Source of the DNA: Blepharisma stoltei ATCC 30299
Lineage: Eukaryota; Protista; Ciliophora
NCBI GenBank assembly: GCA_965603825.1
Contig: CBFDEM010000023.1
Coordinates: 636,636 to 700,635, forward strand
Direction: 5' to 3'
DNA: 64,000 nucleotides
Shown: piece after piece, positions 35,775-49,047 of the stretch
Numbering within the stretch: position 1 is the first letter of the stretch
How the letters are laid out: each line of letters starts with the position of its first letter
The notes under the pieces: model-generated
Database searches by the model: none
The model's input: the letters and a program-made list of their open reading frames with translations, nothing else
Told to the model about the DNA's origin: nothing
Translations under genes and position numbers: made by a program

Positions 35775-37271
35775 ATGGGACGCAGAAATAAAAAAGAGGC
35801 AAAGCACCAAGAGTCCCAGCAAGCCAGAGAATTTTTAAAACATCAAGAAAAAGCTCCAAGCTACGCTGAGCTCTCCAAAGAAGAAAAAAGAATCGAAATC
35901 GCCCATGCAGCCACCCTGATTTTGTCTAGCCCTGAGATGCAGCATACCAAAATATTGGCTTTAATCGAGTTATGTAATGACCCAAGTGAGTATATCCAAG
36001 CTCTTGCTATAACTTCTCTGTGCTCGATTTTTATTGATATTCTTCCTGGGTATGAAATCAAAACTGAAGAAGAAAAAGTCGAGCATTCCAAAGAGGTAAA
36101 AGCTGTCCAGATCTATGAAAACACATTATTAAATTACTATGACAAATATCTCAATATTCTTACAGTGAAATCTCAGGCACAAAAAGGAGCTTTAAAATGT
36201 GTGGCACGGCTTTTATCTGAGCTCATGCATTTTAATTACAGAGAAAGGCTGTTAAAAATCGTTTTAAGCTCTGCTACAAAGCAGCCAGAGATTGTGATCC
36301 CTGCGATAAAGGAAATTTTGCAGTCGAAAGAGCTGGAATTTAGGTTTAAAGCTATAAAAGAAATCCACCAATTAATAAAAAGCACGTCGTACAAGCTGAT
36401 ACCAGATGAGCTGATTGAGGTTATAGGAGAAATGGACCTAAACCAATTAGAAGCAGAAGAAAACGGGAAGCCGAGAAAGAAAAAAAAGACTGAAGAAGAC
36501 TTCGAAAAAGACTTAGAAGAAACCAAAGAAGAAGTCATGAAGCAAAAACTTGTCCAAAGCAACCAAAGAACATTAAAAGAAGTTTTGGCCATTTATTTCA
36601 GGATCATTAAGCAGTGGCCTAAGTCCTTTATTTTTGCCAAAGCTCTAAAAGGCACTGCTAAATACTGCTCTCTGCTTAACATTGATTTAGTTTTAGACCT
36701 TGTCAAGCATTTATTGGGATTGTTGGGGTCGGGGAAATTAAAAGGAGAAAACCAGCTGCAATGCATACAATCCTCAATAAAAATTTTAAGCTTGATAGGA
36801 GAAACTGCAAATATAGAGCAGTCCACGCTGATAAAAGTCCTTTACACCTCAATGCTTTCTATCCCGACTACCAAAGAAGCCCAAAAGACTTATATTAAAG
36901 CATTATCATGGCTTTTTTTAGATAGAAAGCAATACTCCTATGAGATGGTTGCTGCCTATTTAAAAAGAATTTTGCAAATTGCTTTTCACTGTGAGCTCCC
37001 ATTAATGAAAGCTATGATTTCTCTAGCCAAATCCATTATAAATACCTACCCCAAGGCAGCTAATTTATTAGAACAAGATGACGAAGGAAACACAGAAATT
37101 TACGTCACAGAAACAGATGATCCTTTACTATCAAACGCCAGCAGCTCTAATCTATTATATGAAATAAAAGCCTTAAAAACAATCAACGAAAAAGAAGTCC
37201 AGGGACTTGTAAAAAGCTTATCTAACCCAAGAGAGCCGCTTAAAAAGAAACCTACACAGTATTTATCTTAA
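35775..37271 (+). CDS. NOC3: Nucleolar complex protein 3 (NOC3/CBF domain)
   Basis: IFIDILPGYEIK, SKEVKAVQIYE.LL.YY.KYL, HFNYRE.L, YFRIIK, L.G.AKY..LLNID, AAYLKR. Confidence 0.88.
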   Translation: MGRRNKKEAKHQESQQAREFLKHQEKAPSYAELSKEEKRIEIAHAATLILSSPEMQHTKILALIELCNDPSEYIQALAITSLCSIFIDILPGYEIKTEEEKVEHSKEVKAVQIYENTLLNYYDKYLNILTVKSQAQKGALKCVARLLSELMHFNYRERLLKIVLSSATKQPEIVIPAIKEILQSKELEFRFKAIKEIHQLIKSTSYKLIPDELIEVIGEMDLNQLEAEENGKPRKKKKTEEDFEKDLEETKEEVMKQKLVQSNQRTLKEVLAIYFRIIKQWPKSFIFAKALKGTAKYCSLLNIDLVLDLVKHLLGLLGSGKLKGENQLQCIQSSIKILSLIGETANIEQSTLIKVLYTSMLSIPTTKEAQKTYIKALSWLFLDRKQYSYEMVAAYLKRILQIAFHCELPLMKAMISLAKSIINTYPKAANLLEQDDEGNTEIYVTETDDPLLSNASSSNLLYEIKALKTINEKEVQGLVKSLSNPREPLKKKPTQYLS

Positions 37272-39410
37272 AAATTTTTTAAAATCTGAATTGTTCATTG
37301 TTTTTTTCTTTTTGGAAGGATTTGTGTTTGCGCATTTTTTAATAACGATTGGTCTTCCTTCTATTACTGGGAATTCAATTTCTAATGCGTTTTGGGCGTC
37401 TTCTTCTTTTTCGAACTCAATGAAGGCGAAACCTCGGGGTTTGTCTTTTTGGTCTTTGGGTAGCGTCACTTTGCAGTTTCCTTTGAAAAATGAGGATAAG
37501 CTGTCTTCGGTGATGCCGTAAGGCAAATTGCTAGCGTGCAGAGTGAAATTTTGGGATTTTTTTTCTGATTTTAAAAGCAGCACGTTTCGGCCTTTAATAC
37601 TGATTTGAGCTGCTTTGATGGCGTGTTCAACAGCTTCTTTTTCGTGGAATTCTACATATGCATAGCCTTTGCATTTTCCTTCTAAATCCCTAATAATTCT
37701 TATAGTAGAAACATCTCCGTAGTTACTCAAAATTTCTTTTAGCTCGTTTTCTTCTATTTCATATGGCAAGTTATTCACGAAAAGCAAAAATTCATCGTTT
37801 TTAGTTTCTTCTGGAGGCTTGGAAGCTGCTACAGTTATTTTGGTCCCTTGTAGCTCGATTCCATTGAAAACTCTTATGCATTCCTGTATGTCTTGTTCTG
37901 AATTTAAATCAATATACCCGTACCCTTTGGATTTTCCTTCACGATTTCTTACAATTCTGCAAGCTTTGACTGGAATTACCTGTGAAAAAATTTCTTGAAG
38001 CTCTGTTTCTTTCATTTTCAAAGGAATCGGCCGTATAAAGACTGTAAATCTTGCAGTCTCAGCCTTAATTGGCTTAGCCTGCTGCTTTACTTGCTTTTTT
38101 GGAGGCTCTAGATTTCTCCTTATTCTGCTATGAGTTTTAGTAATACTCTGGATTATTTCTTCTAAATTTCCGTGGCTTGACTCCCATTCTTTATATTTCC
38201 TTGCGATTTCTTGAGGATAGTCCTTTGTATATTCTAATGCTCTTCTGAAAACTTCTCGAATGGATTTATTATCAGATTTTTGGATAAGAAAATCTAGATA
38301 TAGGGTCCATAAGGTGTAGGAATCGCCTTTTTCTCTGACGATTTCTTCATATAAAGAATGGTCTTTTAGAAGAGAAGCCCTATAGGATTTTAAGACTAAG
38401 TGCTGAGGAGGCATACAGTCTTGAAGCCAGCTTTCGCCTTCTTCTAAGATAGCTAGCTGGTCACCGCCAGATCTTTTTATGTGGTTGCTATACTCTTTTC
38501 AAAACTCTGTGTAATCTGATGCATTTGTAAATGAGGAAGTCAAGGCCTTATGCTTGATGTCTAATTATTTCTTACTTTCTGTTGGTTTTCCAGCACGCTC
38601 ATATGCTAAAATTAGCAATTTCCATAAGCCTATGTCCCAATAGCAATTCCTAACAGCCCTTTTTGCCACTTTTTTATATAATTTCTTATTTTTTACTGCA
38701 AAATTCAAATAATCGTACCAAACCTCAGGCAATTTTTGTGCCTTCTGTATGGTCTCTTCCAAAATATATCCTTTTATTTTATCATCTTTTATATTTTCTA
38801 AATAAACTTTTAAATTTGCCAGTAAAGCAGCCTCACTGTTATTTTCAATAGACAAATCAATTTGAGTTTTATATTCACATTCTTCTTGCCACTTAGCAAA
38901 GGTGTCAAGGTATTTTTCTTGGATTTTTGTTTTTATTTCTAAATCTCTTTCCCATGCCAGGTAATTTTGAAAGGATTTCTCCATGTATTCCATAGGAATA
39001 GAAAATTGTTTATTATAGAGCTCTCGGATTTCATTTAGGTCAGTTTTAATGGAAATATAGTATTCTCATAGAGGCTGATATCGGATATGCCAGGTTAAAT
39101 CAGCAAAAATTTTGGCATGCTCAGGAGTATTTTGCTTTGGGAAGAATTTTAAATAGAGAAGGCAAATACTTGGGTCTAAATAGAAATTACAGTAAAAATC
39201 TTTAAGTGAGCGAGCAAAGAGGCCACTAGATGGCTCGTCTTCAAGCCATTCTAGTCACATTTTTTCAGATAATGGAGTAATTTCTCATAGTCTTTCTCTT
39301 GCAGCATTAGCTTCTGTAATAAAGCCAGATTCTCTATAAGCTTTAATCAAATCTTCTTTAATTTTTGTGTCATAAGGGAGTTCCCTTTCCTTTTCTTCAA
39401 GTTCTTCCAT
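37263..39410 (-). CDS. SART3: SART3/Prp24-like U4/U6 recycling factor (HAT repeats + 3 RRMs, 705 aa); two 15-nt introns
   Basis: PLSEKMW(TGA)LEWLEDE HAT start; RAVRNCYW; three RRMs (KGYGYI, KGYAYV, RGFAFI); C-terminal LSm-binding MNNSDFKKFL; introns 39176-39190 and 38561-38575. Confidence 0.88.
38561..38575 (-). other. 15-nt spliceosomal intron
   Basis: GTAAGAAATAATTAG; in-frame TAA. Confidence 0.88.
39176..39190 (-). other. 15-nt spliceosomal intron without a stop codon
   Basis: GTAATTTCTATTTAG; removal gives LFARSLKDFYYPSICLLY, colinear with the SART3 LFE.A..DY..P.IW..Y motif. Confidence 0.72.
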
Positions 39411-40107
39411 TTCCTATTAAAACTAAAGCTATGATTTATAATAATTTTCCATTAATTTATATCTCTTAAATCAGGGAATTGCTTTCTTATATAGCATGCT
39501 CAGGGTATAAAAATGTTACAGCTTATTTTAAAGCCATTCATAAAAAATTTCAGCATATTTTTGATTTTCTTTTCAAACGGTATATTTTATTAAAATGTAA
39601 AATTAAATATCAAGGAAATAAATTAAAATTTTAGCTAGATAAGAACCGAAATATTAAGTAACGATTAATAAATAAGCTATTTCCTCTTATCCAAAAATTA
39701 TATTTACTATTAAAATTTAATTATTGCATAAATGCAATAATTATAATGGATTCTATGGTTGAAATGTAATGAAAAATTGGAAAACGTTTTTGTAAATTCA
39801 TGTCAAAAATAAATTTAAATGTCTATTAATAACTAGAAATATTATCTTTGTCCAGATTTTGCATAAAAACTAAACCCCACTTCGCGAAAATTGTTTGAAA
39901 TCTTCATGAGCATTTTGTGCAATCTTCTTGACACATCAATATACAAATTTCTTTTATCTTTTAACATAAAGTTTTCTGCGAAATATCATTACTTAAAAGT
40001 TTCATATTGATTTATTTTTTGATCTATGAAAAAGATGGAAATTCCAGACTTTTCTAAAGCAACTTTTGAAGCATTGACAATTTTTAAGCACTGTTATAAT
40101 ACTTAAT

Positions 40108-40560
40108 ATGGACGAAAAACGCGACCTCTACAAGATTTTAAGTCTCCCACGAACTGCATCACAAAAGCAGATACAAAAGGCATACTATAAACTGGCAATC
40201 CAGTGGCATCCCGACAAAAACAAGTCATCAGAATCCTCCGCGAAATACGAAGAAATATCAGTAGCCTATCACACTCTTCATGATTCAAGATCAAGGGCTT
40301 TCTATGATTTGTTTAACTATCCTCGAATCTCCATTCCCAAAACCCTTGATGTCCCAAAAAAGAGACCAATTGATCCTCTTTTCGATTTTTCAGCCGCCGA
40401 TAGAGAAGAAAACGAGATTTTAGGAAAACTCGAAAAAGTTATGAGAGGAATTAAGTCTGATTTTGCGTTTGCACCAGCTATGAAAGTGCAAAAACGCAAA
40501 GAAAATGATGACGCATATAATGCGAAAATTGAAAATAAAGAACTCCCTAAGCTAGAATAA
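40108..40560 (+). CDS. DnaJ-domain protein (150 aa)
   Basis: DLYKILSL..TAS..QIQKAYYKLAIQWHPDKN...ISVAY.TL.D...R..YD. Confidence 0.88.
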   Translation: MDEKRDLYKILSLPRTASQKQIQKAYYKLAIQWHPDKNKSSESSAKYEEISVAYHTLHDSRSRAFYDLFNYPRISIPKTLDVPKKRPIDPLFDFSAADREENEILGKLEKVMRGIKSDFAFAPAMKVQKRKENDDAYNAKIENKELPKLE

Positions 40561-42175
40561 GACACCAAAGCCAAAATGTTTGAAATATTATATAAATCTT
40601 CTTATAATATTATAGGTAGGAAAATATTAAATTCCAGATCTTTTAAATGAAAGTAAATTTTTTTTTATTTTTGCTGACTAAAGACTAAAGAAGAAATTGG
40701 AAACTGAAGAATTTAGGCAAGTAAAAGATAATTAAAAGTGCATGAATATTATATTTTAGCTTTTTAATCTATCAAATCCAACATAGTCGGAGAAAGCGTC
40801 CCTTTATTAAAATTTTTAATTAAATTGAGATTATTCAAAATTTTCTGTGAAATTAGCTATATCAGTTAAAAATTCATTTCAAGATTATGAGCTAACTTTA
40901 CCACTTGGTAATTTAGCATAAAATTCTTTCAAAAGAAATATTATTGGATAAAAATTATTTTTCACTGTTTTTATAAATTGCGAGATCAAAAAATGTTTTA
41001 CTTTATTTTGACAGCGTCTAGGAAAGTAATTGCTGCTCAAATCTCGTTTGCGATTTATTGAGTCTTCTGTCTCCATTTGGAAGTCTTTATTTTTTTCAAA
41101 TATTTATTTTCTAGCATATCATCCCCTTGCTAGATCAAGTTTTAAGAGATAGGTGATTAATTTGAGCTCGGACAAGCGGATCTCTGAAATGTGTATTTAA
41201 TTGCTGAGGGGGTCTGAGAAGCATATTAGGGCAGCTGAAGTTATTTAACTAGAACACATCTTAAAACCCCAGGCCAAAGCAAGGCTCAATCTCATTATAT
41301 AAAATAATAACCCAATTGAATATAAATTAATCTCGAAAGAATTTCAAAGGAGCGAAAGAAAGATTGCTACTATTTCAGGTTTTGTATTGCAAGCTTAGCT
41401 GAATGGAATACATGAAACTCAGCATCATTTATTGTATTAGTTTCCATCAATTTTAGAATCAATTATTAAAATAGCTATGAGAAAGCACATCGAATAAGAA
41501 ATAAAAGAAATTATCATGCAAGCTAAGGTCAGCTTCTACAAATTACTATAAAAAGATGCTCCTTCTCTAAAAAGATAAATGTGCTTGATAAAAATAAATA
41601 ACACTAAAAAATTTTTTACTCAAATATTTTATAGTTAGTTAGAAGAAATGCTAAAGAAAATGCAAACGTGTTAAGTTATTTGAAAATCTGCTTGAAAAAT
41701 AAAATAGCATTGCTCTCTGACAGAAGAGCCTGCATAGCAAAGCCAAAAAATATATGAATCACCTAAATGATGCAATCAAAAATTCAACTATCGCAAGTCT
41801 ACGAAAATTAAATTCTTTGACTATAAATAAACTGATCAAACTATATGCAAAATAGTGAATTGAAAAAATCGAACTTACTCAGGAATATATTCAAAAATCC
41901 TAAAAAAAAAGTTTTTGTATAAGGCTAATAATTCGTATTTATAGATATAGAGTTAATATATATATAAATCACAGACTATATGATGTGAGTTCTTTTTAGT
42001 ATTTTCTAAATATATTTAAAAAATATTTATATAAGCAAAATGACTCCCAGAATTTTTCTTAATCTAATATATTGCATTATTTTATGAAATTTCAATTAAA
42101 TTCTTGATGCAAAAATTTGGATTCTAAAATGATTTTCATTAAAAAAAAGTAACAGCTTATAAAATCTATATAATA

Positions 42176-43621
42176 ATGGGCTGCATTCCTCGAAAACACT
42201 TAGGGGCAAAAGCTACAAAACCTGTAGATCTCGTAATTACTCCTAGCATCTTTGTTCGTGAGAACTCTCTGGACATAAATGAAGTATATGACTTTGGTCA
42301 ATCCTTGGGCAGAGGTGCCTTTGGAGAAGTTCGTAGAGCCAAGCACCGTAGCACCAATCTTTTAAGAGCTATAAAAATACTACTCAAAGACAAACCCTCC
42401 ACGGAGGCGAACACAGAGCTTTTAAATGAAGTTGAAATGATAAAGGCAGTTGACCATCCCAATATCATAAAAGTCTTTGAGTACTTTGAAACCCCCAGAA
42501 AATCTTATATTGTAATGGAGCTTTGCCAAGGCGGAGAACTATTTGACGAATTTTCTAAGAGAAACGTCTTAAAAGAAGACGATTGCGCGACCGTAATTAA
42601 ACAGCTGTTATCGGCGGTTTCATATTTGCATAGCCACAATATAATTCATCGAGATTTGAAGCCAGAAAATATTTTGATAGAAACAAAAGGTGATATTTCC
42701 AATGTCAAGATTTCTGACTTCGGGACAGCCACATTGTGTGCAAAAAACGCAAAAATTCGTGGAGCCCTTGGAACTGTTTATTACGTGGCTCCAGAGGTGC
42801 TACTTGGGAATTATGACTCAAAATGCGACATGTGAAGCATTGGGGTTATAATTTTTACTTTATTAAGCGGGTGTCCTCCATTTGACGGAATCAATGACAA
42901 CGCAATCTTGAATAAAATATTAAAAGGGAATTACTCATTTACAGGGCCAATATGGGCGAATATATCTAGGGAAGCTAAAGACCTAATTTCAAGCTTGCTA
43001 TGTCCTGTAGAGACAAGGCTGACTGCAGAATCAGCATTAAATCACCCTTGGATTCAGAGAAGATGCCCGAATAATCAAGACCTGCATTCATTAGGAAATG
43101 TTTTAACAAAATTAAAAGATTTCCATTGTGCAAGTAAATTAAAAGAAGCTGTAAGCATTTTTATTACGTCTCAATGTATAACTTCTGATGAAACCAAACA
43201 ATTAAAAGAAGCATTTAAAACCCTTGATGTCAGTGGTGATGGAAAAATATCCAAAAAAGAATTAGCTGACCAATATACGAAATTCATGGAAGGAGGAGAG
43301 TCAAAAGCTGCTGTTGAAGAAATAATGGCAGATGTCGATAGTGATAAAAGTGGCTTCATTGACTATACAGAATTTCTAAAGGCGACACTTGATCGAAAAA
43401 AATTAGAATCAAGCGAAAATTTAAAAGCTGCATTTAATTTGTTTGATAAAGATAAAAGTGGGACTATTTCTGCAGCAGAAATCAGGATGGTTTTAGACAC
43501 TGGAAATATGGCAAATAGTAAAATCTGGGATGAAATTCTAGGGGAAGTTGATACTAATGGGGATGGGGTTATTGATTTAAGAGAATTTGAAGCACTTGTG
43601 AATAAAAAGACCATATTATAA
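42176..43621 (+). CDS. Canonical calcium-dependent protein kinase (481 aa)
   Basis: MGC acylation motif, GRGAFG, HRDLKPEN, DFG, APE, DMW(TGA 42833)SIG; four EF hands. Confidence 0.93.
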
Positions 43622-43666
43622 AAAATATATTATTTTAATATAAATTCTTACTTTAATTTTAGTTAT

Positions 43667-45364
43667 TTATACATTTTTAAGCCAAGGATGGGCTTTGATT
43701 TGCTCTAGAGTTGCTCGTTGCTCTGGGTCTTTATTAAGCATCTTTAAAATCAAGTCTTTTAAGTCCTCATTAAACTTATCAGGAACGACAACCTCTTCAT
43801 TCTTAACAGCTTCATATAAATCAATTAGTCTTCTCCCATTAAAAGGCGTTTTTCCTTCTATCATATAAAATAATGTCACCCCCATAGCTCATATATCAAC
43901 TGGCCTGCCTTGAAACGACCCATTTCCTCCATGCAGCTCAGGAGCCATGAATGCCCAAGTCCCTGCACTATTAGAAAATTCGTCTCTGCCGTTAGCCATT
44001 TCTTGTGCAGACCCAAAATCAGATATTTTCAAATTATTATTTGCATCGAGTAGTAAATTTAGGGGTTTTATATCTCTGTGTACTACAAGAGCCTTTTCAT
44101 GGAGATAATCCATGCCAAGGACTAGCTGCTTAAAATAATGCTTGGCTTCTTTTTCAGACATAGGTGAATGATCATTTATTGTTCCTCCAGGGGCGAACTC
44201 TAAAATCATGTAGATTTTATTAGAATCATCATTATCAATGACTTCTAGCAGCTGCAAGACATTAGGGTGTTCAAGCTTCTCCATTACTTCTATTTCACAT
44301 TTTACTGCAAAAAGCGCTGTCTTTGCTTTTCCTATCCACCTATGCCTCAGCTGCTTTTTATTATATATTTTAATAGCTACAAGATTTCCGGAGCTGTCTT
44401 TGGCTTTATAAACTTTTCCAAATGCTCCCTGCCCCAATAAGCCTTCAGCTGTGTATTGATTTAACTGAAATTTATCTGCTCCAAGCTTGACTTTGTTGAC
44501 TTCTTTTGTGCGTAAAATTTCTAGTTTTTTATTTGGTAATAAAGAATTTCTAGATGTAGGTCTGAGAGTTGATTTTTCAACGCTTGAGCTTTCTCTTGAA
44601 TAATTTCTTGAAGAAGATACATATTTTCTCATAGTTTTCGCAGTTTGAAAGTCTTTAGTTGAATCTTCCAATGGAGCATGAATATCGACAGGAGATATTC
44701 TGCCCTGGAAAGAATCAAAACTTTCATTGAAAACTGCAGAATCCTCGCTGAGAAATGACTCTTGACGATTAATTGCAGTTCCTGGAATATTCAGAAAAGA
44801 TGATGTCTTGGATAGTAAGTTTCTATTTTGAACTGGGGTGGTTTCTGGGGTAAGTCGGCTCATGTTTAAAGACATAGTAGGTGATATTTTGATATCACTT
44901 GTTACTACGTGCCTTAAAGATATTTCTGGCTGTACTGCACTCATCGATATAGGACTATCAAAACTTGGGTTCCTCGTTCTAATTAAACTCAATAAATCCC
45001 TTGGCCTGCTTTCAGGGCTTCTAGAGATTTCAACTGCGCTGCTCATACTTCTATATGGAGGCTGTATAAAGAAATTCTGTTTTTGATTTTCTTCAATTTC
45101 GTTAAGCGGAATTAATGGCAAGTTCGATCTTCTCGAATCTCTTCTATTATTTTCTATCTCGTAGCCATTATTTTTTATGGCTTTTAGGTCTTTTCGAGGG
45201 AAACTTGATGAAGAGCAACTCCCTTCAATACAGATTGTGCTTACAATAATTCCGATATCTCGGCTTTCAATTTTTGCAGTTTTGGACAATCTTTTCGTCA
45301 TTATTTTACCTGCAACTAAGGCAGTTTCTTTTGCTTCTTGTCTTTTCACGCAGCATATTCCCAT
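43667..45364 (-). CDS. CAMKK-family kinase with long Ser-rich N-terminus (565 aa)
   Basis: MGICC; QLNQY..EGLLGQGAFGKV, HRDIKPLN, DFG, GTWAFMAPE, DIW(TGA 43889)AMGVTLF. Confidence 0.88.
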
Positions 45365-46329
45365 TAGGTTTTTATTATTTTATTTATAAGAAGTGAGACC
45401 ATATTTTAGAAATTTACAGATTAAGTTTTACTAACAATGTTTTAATGCAAATTAGGTAATACAAAGAACTAAATAGGTAAAAATAATTAAACAATTAAGA
45501 ATTCTCCTATTTGTAGAGAATTTGATAATATAAAACATTATTAAAGGCTAAAGCACAAACTTTTGAAACTGGCTATCAATTTTTTTTATATTAAGGAATT
45601 TTGCAAAAATATGAAAATATAAATAGAAGCAATTATTTGGAATAATGATAGAAAGAATATTTAGGCTATATCTTAAATAAACACTGAAATTGGTTTTTTT
45701 TTATAATAAAGAGTTTTCATATCAGATTTTTTTCTTTATTAAACTTAAAGAATTCAATTGTAAGATGGGCATACAAAAATTATCAAAAAATTCGCGGCTA
45801 ATTAAAATAGAGACGAAACTGTATAATTTATTATTCTATGATATAAAATATAAACTGTAGCCTTCCCGCCTTGGTGGGCGAGAAATTTTTTAACCACAAT
45901 ATAATATTACAAAATTATTGAAATTCTTAAAAAAAAAATGAGACTATTTCTTCAAATTTTTTTTATATTCTTATCTTCACACTGAATTTTATATACTTAT
46001 CTAGCCATATATACCAAATTTTTACTCTCCAATTTTAACATAATATTTAATGTTAAAATTAGAGTGTTCTTCATAATTTTTACGTCACTTTCTATTCTGA
46101 GCGAGCTCAGAATTTTCCATATTATCCTCGTAAAATATAAATTTTCAATACATTTTTTATCTATAGCCAGGGTATATTTCCACATAATTTATTCTATCCA
46201 ATCTCTGACTTATCTCTCTATTTCACTTTAAAATCCTCAATCAATTCTTCTAAATAAAATTTTACTGACAACTTTATTAAAATGAACGATCTTCCGATTT
46301 AACCTATTTTTATATCCTCACAGATTAAA

Positions 46330-47145
46330 TTAACTAGAGTCCTCTGAATTGTCATTTCTCATCTCCAAATCTTCAGAAGCAGTATCAATCTTTATATCAG
46401 AAACTCCAGCCTCTTCTGATCCTCCGAAATCATACTTGGGGAGAATTATTTCTGAAGGAACTATAGGCTCGTTGCCTAGTTCACTTATCATATTAAATTG
46501 AATAACATCCTTCATTAATAGCCACTTTTCAACGCAAGTTCCATCATGTCTCCGCTTCTTGCAGCACCAGAAATCAAACTTGTCGCACAAGATTTCTGGA
46601 TTTAATTCTGAAAACACCAGTTCAACATATAAAAAATAGCTTTCCCGTATAGAAGCTGGGCTAAAATAAGACTCACAGAACGTGACATTAAAGCTGTTCT
46701 CGACATGAGCCAAAGGCGTGTGCTTTCGCTTTGCTCTTCCATCTGTAATTGGGCCCGATGATGTTTCACTGAGTCGATCAAGCTCCTCAGCATTTCTATA
46801 GTAGCAGCTCCTGAGCATATCAAAAAGTCTGCGAGCGCTGTGACTTGAATGGTCAAATCTGTTCAGCGTCTTTCTAGGCATCACGCACTTTCTTAATTGC
46901 CTCAGAATGCGCTTGTGACCTCGAATTAGCTTGCAACGCAGATATTCTTTTTTAGGTGGCTTCAGGGCCTTACTCTTTGGATTGCAGAAAAAAGTGAGAA
47001 CAAGCGATCAATGCTTCAATTTTCTCTTATTTTTGTAAAATGGTATGATGGTTTTAGCAATTAGTTTGTCCATCGATGGAAGCCTATTCATTTTTTGTAA
47101 GCTGAACAGCAAACCATTTTTAGTTTTGCTATTGCAAATTTCCAT
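46330..47145 (-). CDS. Hypothetical basic protein (271 aa)
   Basis: The frame extends upstream of the track ORF through one TGA to ATG 47145 (or 47091); contains PPKKEYLRCKLIRGHKRILRQ, GPITDGRAKR, SFNVTFCESYF, LCDKFDFWCC..H...C..KW. Confidence 0.7.
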
Positions 47146-47638
47146 TAGTTATTAGACAATGTTTAGCAATTATAAGTTTTTTTGACTTGAATATGAGAAT
47201 AAGGGGCTTTTAGGAAAAAATTTTAAGCTCTTCTGGTACATTTAAGCTTTTAGAATACCTGCAAAGTTATACCCAAAAAAACTGAAAATTTCAAATAATC
47301 ATAGCAGAATATATTTCATACGTGATGATAAGCTCTGGAATGATGAATCATTGATTTGATTGCTCCTTTAAACATCAATAGTCTTTTTGTTTTTTTTGCT
47401 TGCGGGAAAATATGGAAATCCCCTTCAATTATTAAAAAATTATAGATGTTTTAGAATTACATAGAAAATTTAAAGCTTAATAAGGCTATTATGCTATAAA
47501 AATATCCTTATTTATTCTCTCAGGCAATTAGGTATTATTTCAAATCCCGAAATTGTCTCTGAGATCTCCCTTAATGTGAAAATTAACTTTATAGTAATAA
47601 ATAAGCCTAAATATTAAATTTTAAATTAAAAATTATGA

Positions 47639-48421
47639 TTATGGGCTTAGATCTTCAGAAAGTTTTGAGTATTCCAGACTTTCGATGTCAGCTACTGATT
47701 GAAATTCTCTTGTTTCCAAGCCTACTTCTTCTATAGTCATAGGATTCCTATCTGTTTCCTGTTGCAAAGAGTCAAGAGGATTTTTCCTTGATGTCTCCGC
47801 ATAATTAGAAAACCTTGATGAATTTCTTCCATCTTCTGGTGAAATTCCATTTTGGCCTGATCTTTTAGTGCTTGTCCCCGACGATTTGGTACTTGATGAC
47901 CTCAACGGTAGCGGGATCGACAAATTTGAATTTTTTAAAGCTGTTATGATAGATCCTTGAGAAACCAACTCAGCAGTATCAAGAAAAGCAGGCTCTTCTA
48001 CTTCTGGAGATGCTGCCTTCTCAGTCTGCGTGCTCACACAGATCGAAAAATGGTTGCTTAAGCTTCTTTTTGGTATTATCTTAATAGGCGAAATTCCTTT
48101 ATCTTGGAATCTGGGCTGGTTTGGATTTATTTCTGTAAAGGGAACTCGGGTGCTTCTGCACCTGCTTGAGCAATTTTCATTTTCTTTTGAGATCCTGATG
48201 CTTGCTCTGTACTTGTTTTCAAGTTCTTGGCTCCTTCGTAAGTTTTTCCTTTTTTCTGACTCAAGCCTTTTAATTTCGTTTAAATACATTTCTTTTTCCT
48301 TCAGGCTTTTTTCGTAAATTAGTTGAGATAAAATTTTTTCATGGTCTAACTCTTTTAATAATGCCTCATGCTTTGCATCGAGACGAAAAGAGGACAATTT
48401 TGTCAAATTTGTGCAGCTCAT
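47639..48421 (-). CDS. Hypothetical protein, N-terminal coiled coil and disordered tail (260 aa)
   Basis: Uninterrupted ORF; E/K/L-rich heptads. Confidence 0.7.
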   Translation of the reverse strand: MSCTNLTKLSSFRLDAKHEALLKELDHEKILSQLIYEKSLKEKEMYLNEIKRLESEKRKNLRRSQELENKYRASIRISKENENCSSRCRSTRVPFTEINPNQPRFQDKGISPIKIIPKRSLSNHFSICVSTQTEKAASPEVEEPAFLDTAELVSQGSIITALKNSNLSIPLPLRSSSTKSSGTSTKRSGQNGISPEDGRNSSRFSNYAETSRKNPLDSLQQETDRNPMTIEEVGLETREFQSVADIESLEYSKLSEDLSP

Positions 48422-48490
48422 TTTTATAAACTTAACGGAAAATACGTTAACGTTATGTATGTTCTAAGCTTTAAATATGACTTTATTAAA

Positions 48491-49036
48491 ATGGACAATA
48501 GAAAATGGGTATGAATTGATCTTGAACTTACAGGGCTCAACATAAATAAGGACACAATCGTAGAAATCGCAGTTGTTTTATCAAATACACAAGGGGAAAA
48601 TTTGATTTATGGTCCGAACATCACAATTCATGCTGATGATTCAGTTTTAGAAGCTATGGATCCTTTTGTTATTAATATGCACCAAACATCAGGTCTCTAT
48701 GAAAATATCAAAGCTAGCCATACAACTCTTCACCAAGCTGAAGAGCTGATATTGACTTTTTTGCAAGACAATAACATTGAGAATGGAATAATTGCCGGAA
48801 ATACTGTACACATGGACCGATTATTCCTTATCAAAGACATGCCAAGGCTCTTTGAAAGCTGCCTCCACCCCTACAAAATTCTTGACGTTACAGCATTCAA
48901 AGAAATAGCAAGAGTTTGATACCCAGGCCTAAACCCCCACACAAAAGTTGCCCCTCATAGAGCTTTTGAAGACATTCTTGGAAGTATTGATGAGTTTCTC
49001 TACTACAAACAGAATATTGTTAAAGAGGCAATATAA
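48491..49036 (+). CDS. REXO2: Oligoribonuclease (DEDDh; Orn/REXO2, 181 aa)
   Basis: WVW(TGA)IDLELTGL..D.I.EIA, H..SGL, AGNTVHMDR.FL..DMP, ILDVT.FKE.ARVW(TGA)YP, HRAFEDI; stop TAA 49034-49036. Confidence 0.92.
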
Positions 49037-49047
49037 TTAATAAGAAA

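Noticed and set aside
41110-41295. Slightly GC-rich intergenic patch as a possible ncRNA or element
   Set aside because: No convincing ORF, stem structure, tRNA/snRNA motif or terminal repeat could be identified by eye.
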